From: Gemmatimonadaceae bacterium
GTDB taxonomy: Bacteria; Gemmatimonadota; Gemmatimonadetes; Gemmatimonadales; Gemmatimonadaceae
Assembly: GCA_034666285.1 (NCBI GenBank)
Contig: JAXDME010000278.1
Span: forward strand, 1-46,305
Length of the DNA stretch: 46,305 nt
Reading direction: 5' to 3'
The position numbers and the translations under genes are program-made. The notes beneath the pieces were generated by a model. The model saw nothing but the letters and a program-made list of their open reading frames with translations. It was not told the DNA's origin and did no database searches. This document shows, piece after piece, positions 1 through 10,256 of the stretch. The stretch's first letter is position 1. Each line of letters starts with the position of its first letter.

Positions 1-78
1 GTCCTCCTGTCGCTTGGCGCAGGAGGCCGCGCCGAGCACGACGACCCCGACAATCGAGAACACAACCATTGATCTCAT
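1..78 (-). CDS. Lipoprotein, 5' end only (runs off left edge)
   Basis: Not in the ORF track. The reverse complement reads MRSMVVFSIVGVVVLGAASCAKRQED: basic N-terminus, hydrophobic core, lipobox-like GAAS-C. AGGAG RBS at ~89-93 (- strand). Confidence 0.7.
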   Translation of the reverse strand, partial: MRSMVVFSIVGVVVLGAASCAKRQED

Positions 79-197
79 AAAGCCGTCACTCCTGTAGGCG
101 AACCTGTATGTGTCGCCAATCGACCCCTTGTTGAATTCTCTGAGCCTGATGATGTAGAGGCAATGGCCGTACTCGGCCCGGTCCGATCTGCATGACA

Positions 198-228
198 TCG
201 CACTAAGGTCTGATGAACCAAGGTGTGA
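198..228. promoter_or_regulatory. Tandem putative transcription-factor sites (TCGCAC-TAAG-GTCTGA at 198-213; ATGAAC-CAAG-GTGTGA at 213-228)
   Basis: Matches the 6-4-6 inverted repeat that recurs at 20562, 23446, 23887, 24689 and 25981. Lies in the divergent intergenic region upstream of the tolC-RND operon. Confidence 0.55.
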
Positions 229-1641
229 TTGTTGGTGATTCCAAGGGCGGCGACCATTCGGGCGATGATAACGCAACGGGATGCAATCGCCGCGCTGAGT
301 GTCGCGCTCACCATGTACGTCGCGCCGTGGGTCGTGCCCGTAGTCGCGGGTCAGGGTATCGGGATCCCACGGCCAGTTCCGCCAACTCCGGCGTTGAGCG
401 ATTCCATCGTTTCCTATCCGTTACTGACCCTGGACGAAGTTGTCGAGCGTGCACTGGCAGTGAGCCCATTGGTCGCCTCGGGGACTGGCGGGGTTGAGGT
501 AGCTCGGTCGTTCAAGCGGACGACGATCGGCGCCTACATCCCGACAGTCCTTGCAACCTCCGCTGCAACACGCGCCGGTCCGGCCGCGGCCCAAACAACG
601 TCTGGCGTTGGTGGGCCCACACCATCGAGCAGTCAGACATTCGGCCTCGCCGCCGCTGTGGACCTTTTTACGGGAGGACGCCGGCAGGCGAACGAAGCAT
701 TGGCCCGAGCTGATCTTCGCGCGGCGGGATCGACACTCGTGTCGGACCGTTTCGTTGTCATGCTCGCGGCCCAACAGGGGTTCTTTGAAGTAGTTCGGGC
801 GACAGATCTCGTACGCGTCGCGCGTGCTGCGTTGGCGGAAGCGAATCAGCTACTGCGTTACACGGGAGACATGTTCCGGGCAGGCACTGCGATGAAGTCG
901 GATTTTCTTCGCGCGCAGCTCCAGTCGACGACGATGCAGGAGCAGCTACTCGCTGCAACCGATACGCTCGTGACCGCTACGTATACGTTGGGATGGATCG
1001 CGGGCACGGACGGACCCGTTGGAGCGCGCGACGACAGCGCGACCGAGGCGATACGCCCGCTGGTGCTGGACGACAGTGCCATAGTTCGCCTGGCGGTCGA
1101 GGCATCACCCGGGGTAGCCGTCGCAAATGACGCGGCCGCTGCGACTAGCGCGGCGCTTCGCGCCGCACGCACCCAATACGTTCCGACTATAAGCGCGAGC
1201 GCCGGCCGCAATTGGGCGGGTAGCTCCACCGTCGTTTCCGGGGCGCCGCGCCCGGGGTGGACAGTAACTGTCGGCACGAGCTACCCGGTGTTCAACGGCT
1301 TTCAGCGCGAGGATGCTATCGTGCGCGCCCAAGCCGCCGCATACGTGGCCCGGGTGGCCGTGGCAGACACCCGCCGGTCTGTTCGGGCGAGCGCGGCGCA
1401 GCTTCTGGCTGCTCTCCGCACAACCGACGCAGCCATTGTGCTCGGAGTCGAATCAGTTCGCTCGGCGCGCGAAGATCTGCGCGTTCAGACGATGCGCTAC
1501 CGCGCCGGCATCTCCACAATGCTCGACGTGCTCACATCGGAGGCTGCCCTGCTTCAAGCGGAGCACAGCCTGTCGGCGTCGCAGCATCGTTATCACACCA
1601 CGCGCGCCGCCCTCGAAGCGCTCGTCGGGAGAAAGCTCTGA
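229..1641 (+). CDS. TolC-family outer membrane efflux protein
   Basis: Two OEP-like repeats (DLFTGG..., YPVFNGF..., YRAGISTMLDVLTSE). Its TGA overlaps the RND ATG. The true start may be ATG 265 or 313. Confidence 0.85.
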   Translation: MLVIPRAATIRAMITQRDAIAALSVALTMYVAPWVVPVVAGQGIGIPRPVPPTPALSDSIVSYPLLTLDEVVERALAVSPLVASGTGGVEVARSFKRTTIGAYIPTVLATSAATRAGPAAAQTTSGVGGPTPSSSQTFGLAAAVDLFTGGRRQANEALARADLRAAGSTLVSDRFVVMLAAQQGFFEVVRATDLVRVARAALAEANQLLRYTGDMFRAGTAMKSDFLRAQLQSTTMQEQLLAATDTLVTATYTLGWIAGTDGPVGARDDSATEAIRPLVLDDSAIVRLAVEASPGVAVANDAAAATSAALRAARTQYVPTISASAGRNWAGSSTVVSGAPRPGWTVTVGTSYPVFNGFQREDAIVRAQAAAYVARVAVADTRRSVRASAAQLLAALRTTDAAIVLGVESVRSAREDLRVQTMRYRAGISTMLDVLTSEAALLQAEHSLSASQHRYHTTRAALEALVGRKL

Positions 1642-4600
1642 TGTGGATAGTCCACCTGGCTCTTCGCCGGCCGTACACGTTCGTGTGCGTCGCCATTCTG
1701 ATGCTCGCGTTCGGTGTGATGGAGGCCCTCAGGATGCCGGTGGACATTTTCCCCGCCATCAACATCCCGGTCGTGTCGGTGATCTGGAATTACGGAGGGC
1801 TGTCCCCGCGGGACATGGAGCAGCGCATCGTCTCGCCGTCGGAGCGCGCGTACTCCTCGACCGTGAATAACGTCGAGCACATTGAATCGGAATCGCTGAA
1901 CGGCACCGCGCTGATCAAGGTCTACTTCCAGCCCAACGCCGACATCGCTACCGGTGTCTCGCAGATCACCGCTGTATCCCAGTCGGTGGTCCGTTCGATG
2001 CCGCCAGGTATCACGCCGCCATTCATTGTTCGCTTCAACGCCACCGACGTACCGATCCTCCAGCTCGGGATCAGCAGTCCGCAGCGGACCGAAGCCCAGC
2101 TCAACGATCTCGCGAACAATTTCATTCGCACTCCGCTGGCGACCATCCAGGGCCTCACTATCCCGGGTGCAAACGGGGGCGCGGGACGGGTGATCAACAT
2201 CGACATCGATCCGGCTGCGCTCTACGCCAAGGGAATCTCGCCGACAGACGTCACCACCGCGCTCGGATTGCAGAACGTGATCCTGCCGTCCGGCACGGTG
2301 AAGATGGGCTCGCTCGAATACTTCGTACGACTGAACTCGACTCCTGACTCGATCAACGTTTTGGGCGACATGCCGATCCGTGAAGTGAACGGAGCGATGA
2401 TTTACATCCGCGACGTTGCACAAGTGCGGGACGGCTCGGAGATCCAGACGAGTGTCGTGCGCAACAACGGGCATCGCGGGATTTACCTCACGATGATCAA
2501 GAACGGAGGTGTGTCGACGCTCAGCGTCGTGAATTCTGTGAAGGCGATGCTGCCCTCGCTCGAGGCAACCCTGCCACCGGATGTAAAGGTGCAGCTCCTG
2601 GCGGATCAATCCATTTACGTGACCGCAGCGGTGAGCGGCGTCATTCGCGAGGGCGTGATCGCAGCGTGTCTGACGGCGCTGATGATTCTGATCTTCCTCG
2701 GCAGCGGACGATCGACGGTCATAGTTGCGACGTCTATTCCGCTTTCGATCCTGACATCGATCATCTGCCTGTCGCTATTCGGTCAGACACTCAACGTCAT
2801 GACGCTTACCGGACTGGCGCTCGCGGTGGGGATTCTCGTCGACGACGCGACCGTGGCAATCGAAAACATCCATCGGAACCTGTCACAGGGGAAAGAGCTG
2901 GTTCAGGCGATCGTCGATGCATCCGACCAGATCGCTCTTCCCGCTCTCGTGTCGACGTTGGCAATCTGCATCGTGTTCCTGCCGATCTTTGCGCTGTCCG
3001 GGCCGGCTGCGGCGCTCTTCCGCCCACTCGCAATGGCGGTCGTATTCGCGATGCTCGCGTCGTACTTCCTGTCGCGAACACTGGTGCCGACGATGGCGAA
3101 GTACATGCTCCGGGAGCCCAAGCCGAACTCCGCAGCGTCGAGAGGCTGGTTCAGTCGAGCAGCCGCCGGCTTTCAGCGCGGCTTCAACGCGTTCCGTGGT
3201 GGCTACCAGTCGGCGCTGGCTTGGGCGGTAATCCACCGTCGTGGAGTACTGGCGGTGACGGGTCTCATCCTCGTCGGGACGGCGCTGATGGTGCCGCGAC
3301 TCGGACAGGATTTCTTTCCACAGGTGGACGCGGGGCAATTCCAGCTTCACGTGCGTGCTCCGACCGGGACGCGCGTGGAAGAAACCGAGCTGCTTATCGC
3401 CGATGTCGAGAGTGCGATTCGCGAGACTATCCCCGCGAACGAGGTCGCGCTGGTTCTCTCCACGATCGGATCCACTGCAAACTCCATAAATCTGATCCTG
3501 GGGTCCAGCTCTGTAGGCCCGGCCGACGCGGACATGCTGGTGCAGCTCACAGCCACGCACGGCTCGACTCCCGGCTATCAACGCGCGCTCCGCGCCACAC
3601 TGCCTCAGCGATTTCCCGGCGTCACCTTCTTCTTTCAACCGTCCGACATCGTGAACCAGGTGCTGAACCTCGGTCTTCCAGCCCCCATTGACGTGCAGAT
3701 CTCGGGAGCAAACCTGACGGGCAACTTCGCCATGGCGCAGCGCGTTGCCATGCAGCTGCGCACCGTGCCAGGCGCCGCGGATATTCGCGTTCAGGAATTG
3801 ATGGACGCTCCGCAGCTCACGCTCTCGGCGGACCGAACGAACCTGACGCAGCTCGGGCTCACGCAGAGCAACGTCGCCTCGAACCTGCTCATCTCGCTCT
3901 CCTCCAACGGCTCGACGGCGCCGAACTATTGGCTCGACCCGAAGAACGGCGTTCAGTATCCCGTGAGAGCCATGACGCCGCAGTACAAGAATGCGACCAT
4001 GGACCAGTTCGAGGCGACCCCGGTCTCGGTGGTTGGACTTCCGCAGCCACAGCTATTCGAGAACCTGACATCGGTCACACGTACGACGATTCCCGCCGTA
4101 GTCAATCATTACAACATCACACCGGTGGTGGACGTGCTCCTTGGCGCGGACCAGCGCGACCTGGGCGGTGTTGCGAGCGGCGTCGATGCGGTGATGGCCA
4201 AATTGCAGTCATCACTCCCGCGGGGCTCGACGTTCGTGTTGCGCGGCCAGGTGAACAGCATGCGCACTTCTTTCACCAGTCTCGAGATCGGGATCGTGTT
4301 CGCGGTGCTGCTCGTCTACATCCTCCTCGTCGTAAACTTTCAGAGCTGGCTCGATCCGCTCATCATCGTCGCCGCGTTGCCCGGTGCAGCCATCGGGATC
4401 GTGTGGATGTTGTTCGTGACCGGCACGACACTGAACGTGCCGTCGCTGATGGGAGCGATCATGGCGATGGGTGTCGCGACGGCCAATAGCGTGCTCCTCA
4501 TCACCTTTGCGGAGGGGCAGCGCCGCGCCGGCCGGAGTGCCATCGAAGCGGCGACCGACGCCGGGTTCGCACGGCTTCGTCCCGTATGCATGACGGCGCT

Positions 4601-4787
4601 TGCCATGATCATCGGCATGACGCCGATGGCTCTCGGATCGGGGCAGGGCGGAGAGCAGTACGCGCCCCTGGGTCGCGCCGTGATCGGCGGGCTCCTCGTT
4701 GCCACCATCTTCACTCTGTTCGTCGTGCCGCTGCTGTACAGCGTCCTGCGAGGAGAACGGCGCCACGCGGCGCAGGAGGTTGTATGA
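1641..4787 (+). CDS. RND efflux permease (AcrB/AcrD/AcrF family)
   Basis: Start reassigned to ATG 1641 (MWIVHLALRRPYTF). About 1048 aa; TM4 GILVDDATVAIENI, RLRPVCMT, PLGRAVIGGL. Confidence 0.95.
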   Translation: MWIVHLALRRPYTFVCVAILMLAFGVMEALRMPVDIFPAINIPVVSVIWNYGGLSPRDMEQRIVSPSERAYSSTVNNVEHIESESLNGTALIKVYFQPNADIATGVSQITAVSQSVVRSMPPGITPPFIVRFNATDVPILQLGISSPQRTEAQLNDLANNFIRTPLATIQGLTIPGANGGAGRVINIDIDPAALYAKGISPTDVTTALGLQNVILPSGTVKMGSLEYFVRLNSTPDSINVLGDMPIREVNGAMIYIRDVAQVRDGSEIQTSVVRNNGHRGIYLTMIKNGGVSTLSVVNSVKAMLPSLEATLPPDVKVQLLADQSIYVTAAVSGVIREGVIAACLTALMILIFLGSGRSTVIVATSIPLSILTSIICLSLFGQTLNVMTLTGLALAVGILVDDATVAIENIHRNLSQGKELVQAIVDASDQIALPALVSTLAICIVFLPIFALSGPAAALFRPLAMAVVFAMLASYFLSRTLVPTMAKYMLREPKPNSAASRGWFSRAAAGFQRGFNAFRGGYQSALAWAVIHRRGVLAVTGLILVGTALMVPRLGQDFFPQVDAGQFQLHVRAPTGTRVEETELLIADVESAIRETIPANEVALVLSTIGSTANSINLILGSSSVGPADADMLVQLTATHGSTPGYQRALRATLPQRFPGVTFFFQPSDIVNQVLNLGLPAPIDVQISGANLTGNFAMAQRVAMQLRTVPGAADIRVQELMDAPQLTLSADRTNLTQLGLTQSNVASNLLISLSSNGSTAPNYWLDPKNGVQYPVRAMTPQYKNATMDQFEATPVSVVGLPQPQLFENLTSVTRTTIPAVVNHYNITPVVDVLLGADQRDLGGVASGVDAVMAKLQSSLPRGSTFVLRGQVNSMRTSFTSLEIGIVFAVLLVYILLVVNFQSWLDPLIIVAALPGAAIGIVWMLFVTGTTLNVPSLMGAIMAMGVATANSVLLITFAEGQRRAGRSAIEAATDAGFARLRPVCMTALAMIIGMTPMALGSGQGGEQYAPLGRAVIGGLLVATIFTLFVVPLLYSVLRGERRHAAQEVV

Positions 4788-6223
4788 TTTCGTCAGCTCC
4801 CAACGTTGCATCGAACGGTCAGGCGACAACGGGAACAACGCGGACTCCACCCGAAGCCGGGACCCGGCCGCCCACCTCGCAAGAAACGCCAGCGCCGCCC
4901 GAAGTCGAGACGGCGCCGCCAGTCGCTCCGATGGAAAATCGGCGGGTAATGCAAATCGGCGTCGCCTTCGCCGTCGTGCTCATCGGTCTCCTTGTCCTCG
5001 GCATCCTGCCCCGGCGTTCGTTGCAGCGGCAGCTCAGCGCCGAGGTCGTGACGGCGACGACCGCATTGCCGATCGTTGCCGTTGCGAAGGCGCAGCGGCC
5101 GACGGCTGCGAACACGCTGCTACTTCCCGGAACGATGGAGGCGCTGCACGAAGCCGCGCTTTATGCGCGCGTGTCAGGATACGTGCGTCGGTGGTACGCC
5201 GACATCGGGGCACCGGTGCGCGCCGGACAGGTCCTCGCCGATATCGATGTTCCGGAGGTTCAGCAAAGTGTGTTGCAGGCGCGCGCGCAGCTGGCGCAGA
5301 CACAGAGTGCGCTAGTGCTCGCACGCTCGAATCTGGAACGGTGGCGGCTGCTCGCCGCCGACAGTGCGGTGACTGCTCAGGAGCTCCAGATGATGCAGCA
5401 GGCGTACGACGCGGCGGTCGCGAACGTCCGCGCGGCCGAAGCGTACCTGAGGGGATTGATCTCGACGCTGCAGTACGCGCAGGTGAGGGCACCATTCTCT
5501 GGAATCGTAACGGCGCGAAATGTCGAGAATGGCGCGTTGATCACCGCCAGCGGATCCTCCTCGGCACCGCTCACCGCGGGTGGATCTCAATACACTCCCG
5601 CGACCAGCGTCACCGCGGCCAGTCTCTTTCGCGTCGCGCAGACCGATACCATGCGCGTGTACGTCAGCATTCCACAGCTGTACGTCTCCTCGGTACGCGC
5701 TGGCCTGCCTGCAGACCTCGTGATCACGAATCTGAACAATCAGGCTTTCCGCGGAACCATTGTCCGCACCTCCGGAGCGGTAGACCCCAGTACTCGGACT
5801 CTGTTGGCAGAGGTCGACGTGCCGAACCCCGCGCGTGTGCTGCTCCCCGGCATGTATGCGCAGCTGCGCATCACGGTTGATCGGGTCAACGCGCCGCTGG
5901 TGATTCCATCGACTGCGCTCGTGAATCGGGCCAACGGTCCGCAAGTAATCGAGCTGGTCCCGACGGGCAACGGCCGCGGGACCGTCCACCTTCGCAGCGT
6001 ACAGGTGGCTCGCGACTACGGCGCGACACTGGAGGTCGTCTCCGGCCTAAGCGATGGGGCGCTGGTCGCGACTATCGGAACGCTGATACTCACCGACGGG
6101 CAGACCGTGCGCATCGCTACATCAACAACAGACTCGACGGGAGTAAAGACGGTCGCTCCCACGAAGGGAAGTGCTAACCCAACTCGCACGGCTTCAGTCG
6201 CTTCGCGAGTCACCGCGCGCTAG
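4784..6223 (+). CDS. RND periplasmic adaptor (membrane fusion protein)
   Basis: ATGA overlap at 4784. Pro/Thr-rich N-terminus, one TM, ARVSGYV...GQVLA, VRAPFSGIV, VDPSTRTL, LLPGMYA. Confidence 0.92.
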   Translation: MISSAPNVASNGQATTGTTRTPPEAGTRPPTSQETPAPPEVETAPPVAPMENRRVMQIGVAFAVVLIGLLVLGILPRRSLQRQLSAEVVTATTALPIVAVAKAQRPTAANTLLLPGTMEALHEAALYARVSGYVRRWYADIGAPVRAGQVLADIDVPEVQQSVLQARAQLAQTQSALVLARSNLERWRLLAADSAVTAQELQMMQQAYDAAVANVRAAEAYLRGLISTLQYAQVRAPFSGIVTARNVENGALITASGSSSAPLTAGGSQYTPATSVTAASLFRVAQTDTMRVYVSIPQLYVSSVRAGLPADLVITNLNNQAFRGTIVRTSGAVDPSTRTLLAEVDVPNPARVLLPGMYAQLRITVDRVNAPLVIPSTALVNRANGPQVIELVPTGNGRGTVHLRSVQVARDYGATLEVVSGLSDGALVATIGTLILTDGQTVRIATSTTDSTGVKTVAPTKGSANPTRTASVASRVTAR

Positions 6224-6241
6224 TCAAAGCGCGAATGGAGA

Positions 6242-7639
6242 ATGGTCATGTCGAGAATCGAAGGGTATTCGCTCAAGGTCCTCTATGCCGCGGCTTGCTG
6301 TCTGAGCCTGCTTACCGGTCAACGTGCATCTGGCCAGGTGCTACAGGGTGCGGCGGCCTTCGGCGGCTGGCGCGATGACAAGCCGGGCGTAAGGCGTCTG
6401 ATCACGGCGCAGGATCTGCCGCCTGTCTCCAAGGAGTCCCAGGGCCTTGCTCAGGTCGTGCCGATACCGGCGGGTGCAAAACCCCAGCTTCCTCCGGGCT
6501 TTTCTGCCGAGCTCGTGACACCAGCGCTGCGCAACGCGCGCGTGATTCGCGTCGCACCGAACGGCGATTTGTTCGTGGCCAGCAGCATGTCCAACTCGGT
6601 GCACGTGTTGCGCATTCCGCCTGGTAGCGCCAAGCCACTGACGATTTCGGAATTTGCGACCGGCCTGCGCCAACCATTTGGCATCGCGTTTTACCCGCTC
6701 GGACCAAATCCCAAATGGGTATACGTCGCCAACAGCGACGGAGTGGTGCGCTTTTCCTACAGCAATGGCGATCTCAAGGCAACCGGACCAGCGGAACGCC
6801 TCGTCTCAGGAATCCCAACAGCCCACCACTGGGCGCGTGACATCGCCTTCTCGCCGGACGGCCAGCGACTGTACTTCTCGGTCGGGTCCGGATCCAACGT
6901 TGCGCAGGACATGTTCCCTGTGCCGCACCTGGTCTCGACTCCGGAGCCGCGTAACATCGAGAGTCTGACCGACTGGCTCAAGGTGAGGCCGGCGGGCTCC
7001 GCGTGGGACACCGAGGAGCTTCGCGCCAATGTCCTGTCGTTCGACCCGAGCGGTAAGGATATGAAAATCGTCGCCACTGGCCTGCGCAATTGCTCGGGCA
7101 TCACGATTCAACCCGAAACCCAGCAGCTGTGGTGCGTCGTCAACGAGCGCGATCAGCTCGGTGACAACACGCCATTCGAGTACGCGACGCACGTCGTCGA
7201 CGGTGCTTTTTATGGTTGGCCGTGGTACTACACAGGCTCACACGAAGATCCGCGGCAGGCCGGCATGCGACCCGACCTCAACGGGAAAGTCACCGTCCCC
7301 GACGTCTTCATGCAGGGACACTCGGCACCTTTGCAGATCGCGTTCTATCAGGGCAGCAACTTTCCCGCCGAGTACAAAGGCAGCGCCTTCGTCACGATGC
7401 ATGGCTCGTGGGATCGCAGCAACCGCACGGGTTACAAAGTCGTGCGACTCCTCTTCGACGCGACTGGAAAGCCCACCGGCGAGTACGAGGATTTCATGAC
7501 CGGCTTCGTTGTCTCGGATAACCAGGTTTGGGGACGCCCGGTTGGTGTAGCCGTCGCGAATGATGGCTCGCTGTACGTGACGGAGGATGGCAACGGGACG
7601 ATCTGGCGGATCACCTACAACGGCAGCGCAACCCGCTGA
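6242..7639 (+). CDS. Glucose/sorbosone dehydrogenase family (PQQ-type beta-propeller), exported
   Basis: Signal peptide; ATGLRNCSG, VNERDQLGD, FYGWPW, HGSWDR, GRPVGVAVANDGSLYVTED. GGAG RBS directly upstream. Confidence 0.85.
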   Translation: MVMSRIEGYSLKVLYAAACCLSLLTGQRASGQVLQGAAAFGGWRDDKPGVRRLITAQDLPPVSKESQGLAQVVPIPAGAKPQLPPGFSAELVTPALRNARVIRVAPNGDLFVASSMSNSVHVLRIPPGSAKPLTISEFATGLRQPFGIAFYPLGPNPKWVYVANSDGVVRFSYSNGDLKATGPAERLVSGIPTAHHWARDIAFSPDGQRLYFSVGSGSNVAQDMFPVPHLVSTPEPRNIESLTDWLKVRPAGSAWDTEELRANVLSFDPSGKDMKIVATGLRNCSGITIQPETQQLWCVVNERDQLGDNTPFEYATHVVDGAFYGWPWYYTGSHEDPRQAGMRPDLNGKVTVPDVFMQGHSAPLQIAFYQGSNFPAEYKGSAFVTMHGSWDRSNRTGYKVVRLLFDATGKPTGEYEDFMTGFVVSDNQVWGRPVGVAVANDGSLYVTEDGNGTIWRITYNGSATR

Positions 7640-7652
7640 CCGGTTGACGACG

Positions 7653-7856
7653 ATGATCAGGTCTCATCGAGGAACTCCATCGCGCATCCTCGGAATCCTC
7701 TCGGGGGGTCTCGCGGCGATCCTCGGGTTTCTCGCCTTCAACGTAATCGACGGCGTCTTCGGCTTCGGCAAGTCGCTCATCGGTCTCGCCGCTGGCATCG
7801 CAACGACGTTGCTGGTATTCACGCGCTCACCGCGGGGCCGCGACGCCGATGCATAA
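7653..7856 (+). CDS. Small two-TM membrane protein (67 aa)
   Basis: ATG 7653 follows the dehydrogenase stop. Two hydrophobic segments; the end overlaps the cydA start and it fills the gap in the operon. Confidence 0.55.
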   Translation: MIRSHRGTPSRILGILSGGLAAILGFLAFNVIDGVFGFGKSLIGLAAGIATTLLVFTRSPRGRDADA

Positions 7857-9258
7857 TCTCGATCCGCTGATCCTGGCACGAATACAGTTCGCGTTCACGG
7901 TGACTTTCCACATCATCTTCCCGACTATCTCAATCGGGCTCGCGCTGTTTCTGGCGATCGTGAAAGGCCTCTTTCTCAAGACGCGTGATCCGGTCTACCA
8001 GCAGATCTACAGATTCTGGCTCAACATCTTTGCGATGAGCTTCGCGATCGGCGTGGTCACCGGGATCGTGCTCTCGTTCCAGTTCGGGCTCACGTTCTCC
8101 AGGTTCGCGCAGATCGCCGGCCCCGTCATCGGACCGTTGATCGCGCTCGAAGTGCTGACTTCGTTCTTCCTCGAAGCCGGATTTCTCGGAATCATGCTGT
8201 TTGGGGAAGGCCGCGTTGGGCAGAAGCTTCACTTCTTCGCTACGTGCATGGTCGCGCTCGGCACCGTGCTTTCTTCCGCGTGGATCATGTCGGCGAACAG
8301 CTGGATGCAAACTCCAGACGGAGTCGCATGGGAGAACGGACGGCTAGTCGTCACCAACTGGTGGAAGGTTGTCGTCAACCCGTCGTGGCCTGTGAGGCTG
8401 CCCCACATGCTGCTGGCGGCCTACATCACGGCGTCGTTTCTCGTTTCCGGAGTCAGTGCGTGGTACCTGCTGAAAGGACGCGAGACTGTCTTTGCGCGGC
8501 GAACTCTGTCGCTCGCCATGGCGGCCGCGTGCATTCTGATCGCGACGCAGGTGATGATTGGCGATCGCCTGGGCGGCGTCATCGTGAAATATCAGCCGGC
8601 CAAGCTGCAAGCCGCCGAGGGGTGGTGGGACAAAACGACGCCATCGCCGACGCCATATCTGTGGGTGATCTGGCCCGATCAAAAGGCGCAGTTCAATCGG
8701 TTCGAGATGGGCACTCCGTACTTCGGCTCCATCTGGCTCACAAAAAGTTTGACGGGAAGCATCGGCGGTCTGCGCAACACTCCGGTCGCCGAGCAACCGA
8801 GGATGGTGCTCGTCTTCTACAGTTTCAAGCTGATGCTCGCGTTAGGGATGACCATGTTCGCGGTGGCGGTCACCTCGCTGTGGCTACGGTGGCACGGCCG
8901 GCTCTATTCGACGCGATGGTTCCTGCGCATTCTCGTGGTGATGACGCCGTCGGGCGTACTGGCAACGCTCGGCGGCTGGTACACCGCCGAGATCGGCCGC
9001 CAGCCCTGGGTGATCAACGGAATACTGCGCACCGCCGACGCTGTCTCGCCGGTGCCTGCGACGACACTGCTGAGCACGTTGATAACGTTCGTGTGCGTTT
9101 ATGCCGTGTTTTTCTTCGCGTTTCTGATCTTCACGCTGCGACTGATTCGTCGCGGGCCAGGCGGCCTGCCGGCTCACGCCCTTCCGTCGGGCTCGCTGAA
9201 GCGCGGACTCCGTCCTGAGATCGCCGGCGTGCAGCCGTACCTGGCGGGAGGGAAGTGA
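7849..9258 (+). CDS. cydA: Cytochrome bd-type quinol oxidase subunit I (short Q-loop, CioA-like)
   Basis: LARIQFA..FHIIF, FFLEAGFLG, ANSWMQTP, RLPHM, QPAKLQAAEG, EIGRQPW. Confidence 0.95.
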   Translation: MHNLDPLILARIQFAFTVTFHIIFPTISIGLALFLAIVKGLFLKTRDPVYQQIYRFWLNIFAMSFAIGVVTGIVLSFQFGLTFSRFAQIAGPVIGPLIALEVLTSFFLEAGFLGIMLFGEGRVGQKLHFFATCMVALGTVLSSAWIMSANSWMQTPDGVAWENGRLVVTNWWKVVVNPSWPVRLPHMLLAAYITASFLVSGVSAWYLLKGRETVFARRTLSLAMAAACILIATQVMIGDRLGGVIVKYQPAKLQAAEGWWDKTTPSPTPYLWVIWPDQKAQFNRFEMGTPYFGSIWLTKSLTGSIGGLRNTPVAEQPRMVLVFYSFKLMLALGMTMFAVAVTSLWLRWHGRLYSTRWFLRILVVMTPSGVLATLGGWYTAEIGRQPWVINGILRTADAVSPVPATTLLSTLITFVCVYAVFFFAFLIFTLRLIRRGPGGLPAHALPSGSLKRGLRPEIAGVQPYLAGGK

Positions 9259-10256
9259 CGATGAACCTTCCGCTGCTCTCGGCGCTGTTCATGTTGTTCG
9301 CCCTCGGGATCTACGTCGTTCTCGACGGTTTTGATCTTGGCGTCGGCGCGCTTCTGTTCGCACAGCGGGATCAACTGACGCGCGACCGGATGGTGGATGC
9401 GATTGCCCCGACGTGGGATGGAAACGAAACGTGGCTGGTGATGGCTGGCATCACGCTGCTCGCCGGATTCTCCATCGCCTACGGTATTCTCATTCCCGCG
9501 TTCTGCATCCCGGTAACAGCGATGGTTGTCGCGCTCGGAATGAGAGGCGTCTCTTTCGAATTCCGCCACAACAGCACCACGCTTCGCCGCCGGTGGGATG
9601 CAGTGTTCGCTGCGGGCTCACTCGTCGCAGCCCTGGCGCAGGGCGTGATCATCGGCGGATTGATTCAGGGTGTCGACATCGATCGAAACGAGTTTGTCGG
9701 AAGTCCGCTCGACACGTTCAGCCTGTTCACGCTTCTGACCGGAGTGACGGTTGTCGCCGGCTATGCCACGCTCGGGGCAGGCTGGCTTCGTCTCAAGGGA
9801 GAGGATGCGACGCGCACCTTTGCGAAAAGGCATCAGCGATGGCTGCCGCTGGCATTCCTTGGACTGACGATGATCACCAGCCTGGTCGCAGCAGCCGTGC
9901 AGCCCCGCCTGGTTGCGTCGTGGCCCGCCCACCGTGTCGCACTGTCGTGGTGTTTTATCACATTCATCACCTGCGCACTCGGGATCGCGTGGCTCGCACG
10001 TCGCGACGACGTCGATGATCGCATTGGATTCGGGCTCGCCCTCGCGATGATGCTGAGCGGAGTTGTCGCGCTCGGTATTTCGTTCTTCCCGAATGTCATT
10101 CCGTTCAGAATGAGTTTGTGGGACGCAGCCTCCGATCCGGAAACCCAGGAGTTCGTGCTCATCGGGGCTTTGATAGCCACGCCGGTCATACTCGGATACA
10201 CGAGTTTCGCGTATTGGGTTTTTCACGGAAGAACGCCGGCGGACGGATGGTATTGA
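9255..10256 (+). CDS. cydB: Cytochrome bd-type quinol oxidase subunit II
   Basis: YVVLDGFDLGVG, PTWDGNETWLV, RGVSFEFR, YWVFHG. GTGA overlap with cydA (alternative ATG 9261). Confidence 0.95.
   Translation: MTMNLPLLSALFMLFALGIYVVLDGFDLGVGALLFAQRDQLTRDRMVDAIAPTWDGNETWLVMAGITLLAGFSIAYGILIPAFCIPVTAMVVALGMRGVSFEFRHNSTTLRRRWDAVFAAGSLVAALAQGVIIGGLIQGVDIDRNEFVGSPLDTFSLFTLLTGVTVVAGYATLGAGWLRLKGEDATRTFAKRHQRWLPLAFLGLTMITSLVAAAVQPRLVASWPAHRVALSWCFITFITCALGIAWLARRDDVDDRIGFGLALAMMLSGVVALGISFFPNVIPFRMSLWDAASDPETQEFVLIGALIATPVILGYTSFAYWVFHGRTPADGWY

Noticed and set aside
1257-1640. N-terminal extensions given by the ORF track (RND from 1257; also 4586, 10291, 25978, 28120, 38019, 43411)
   Set aside because: They overlap upstream genes or regulatory DNA. 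Downstream starts have an RBS or stop/start coupling and family-typical N-termini.
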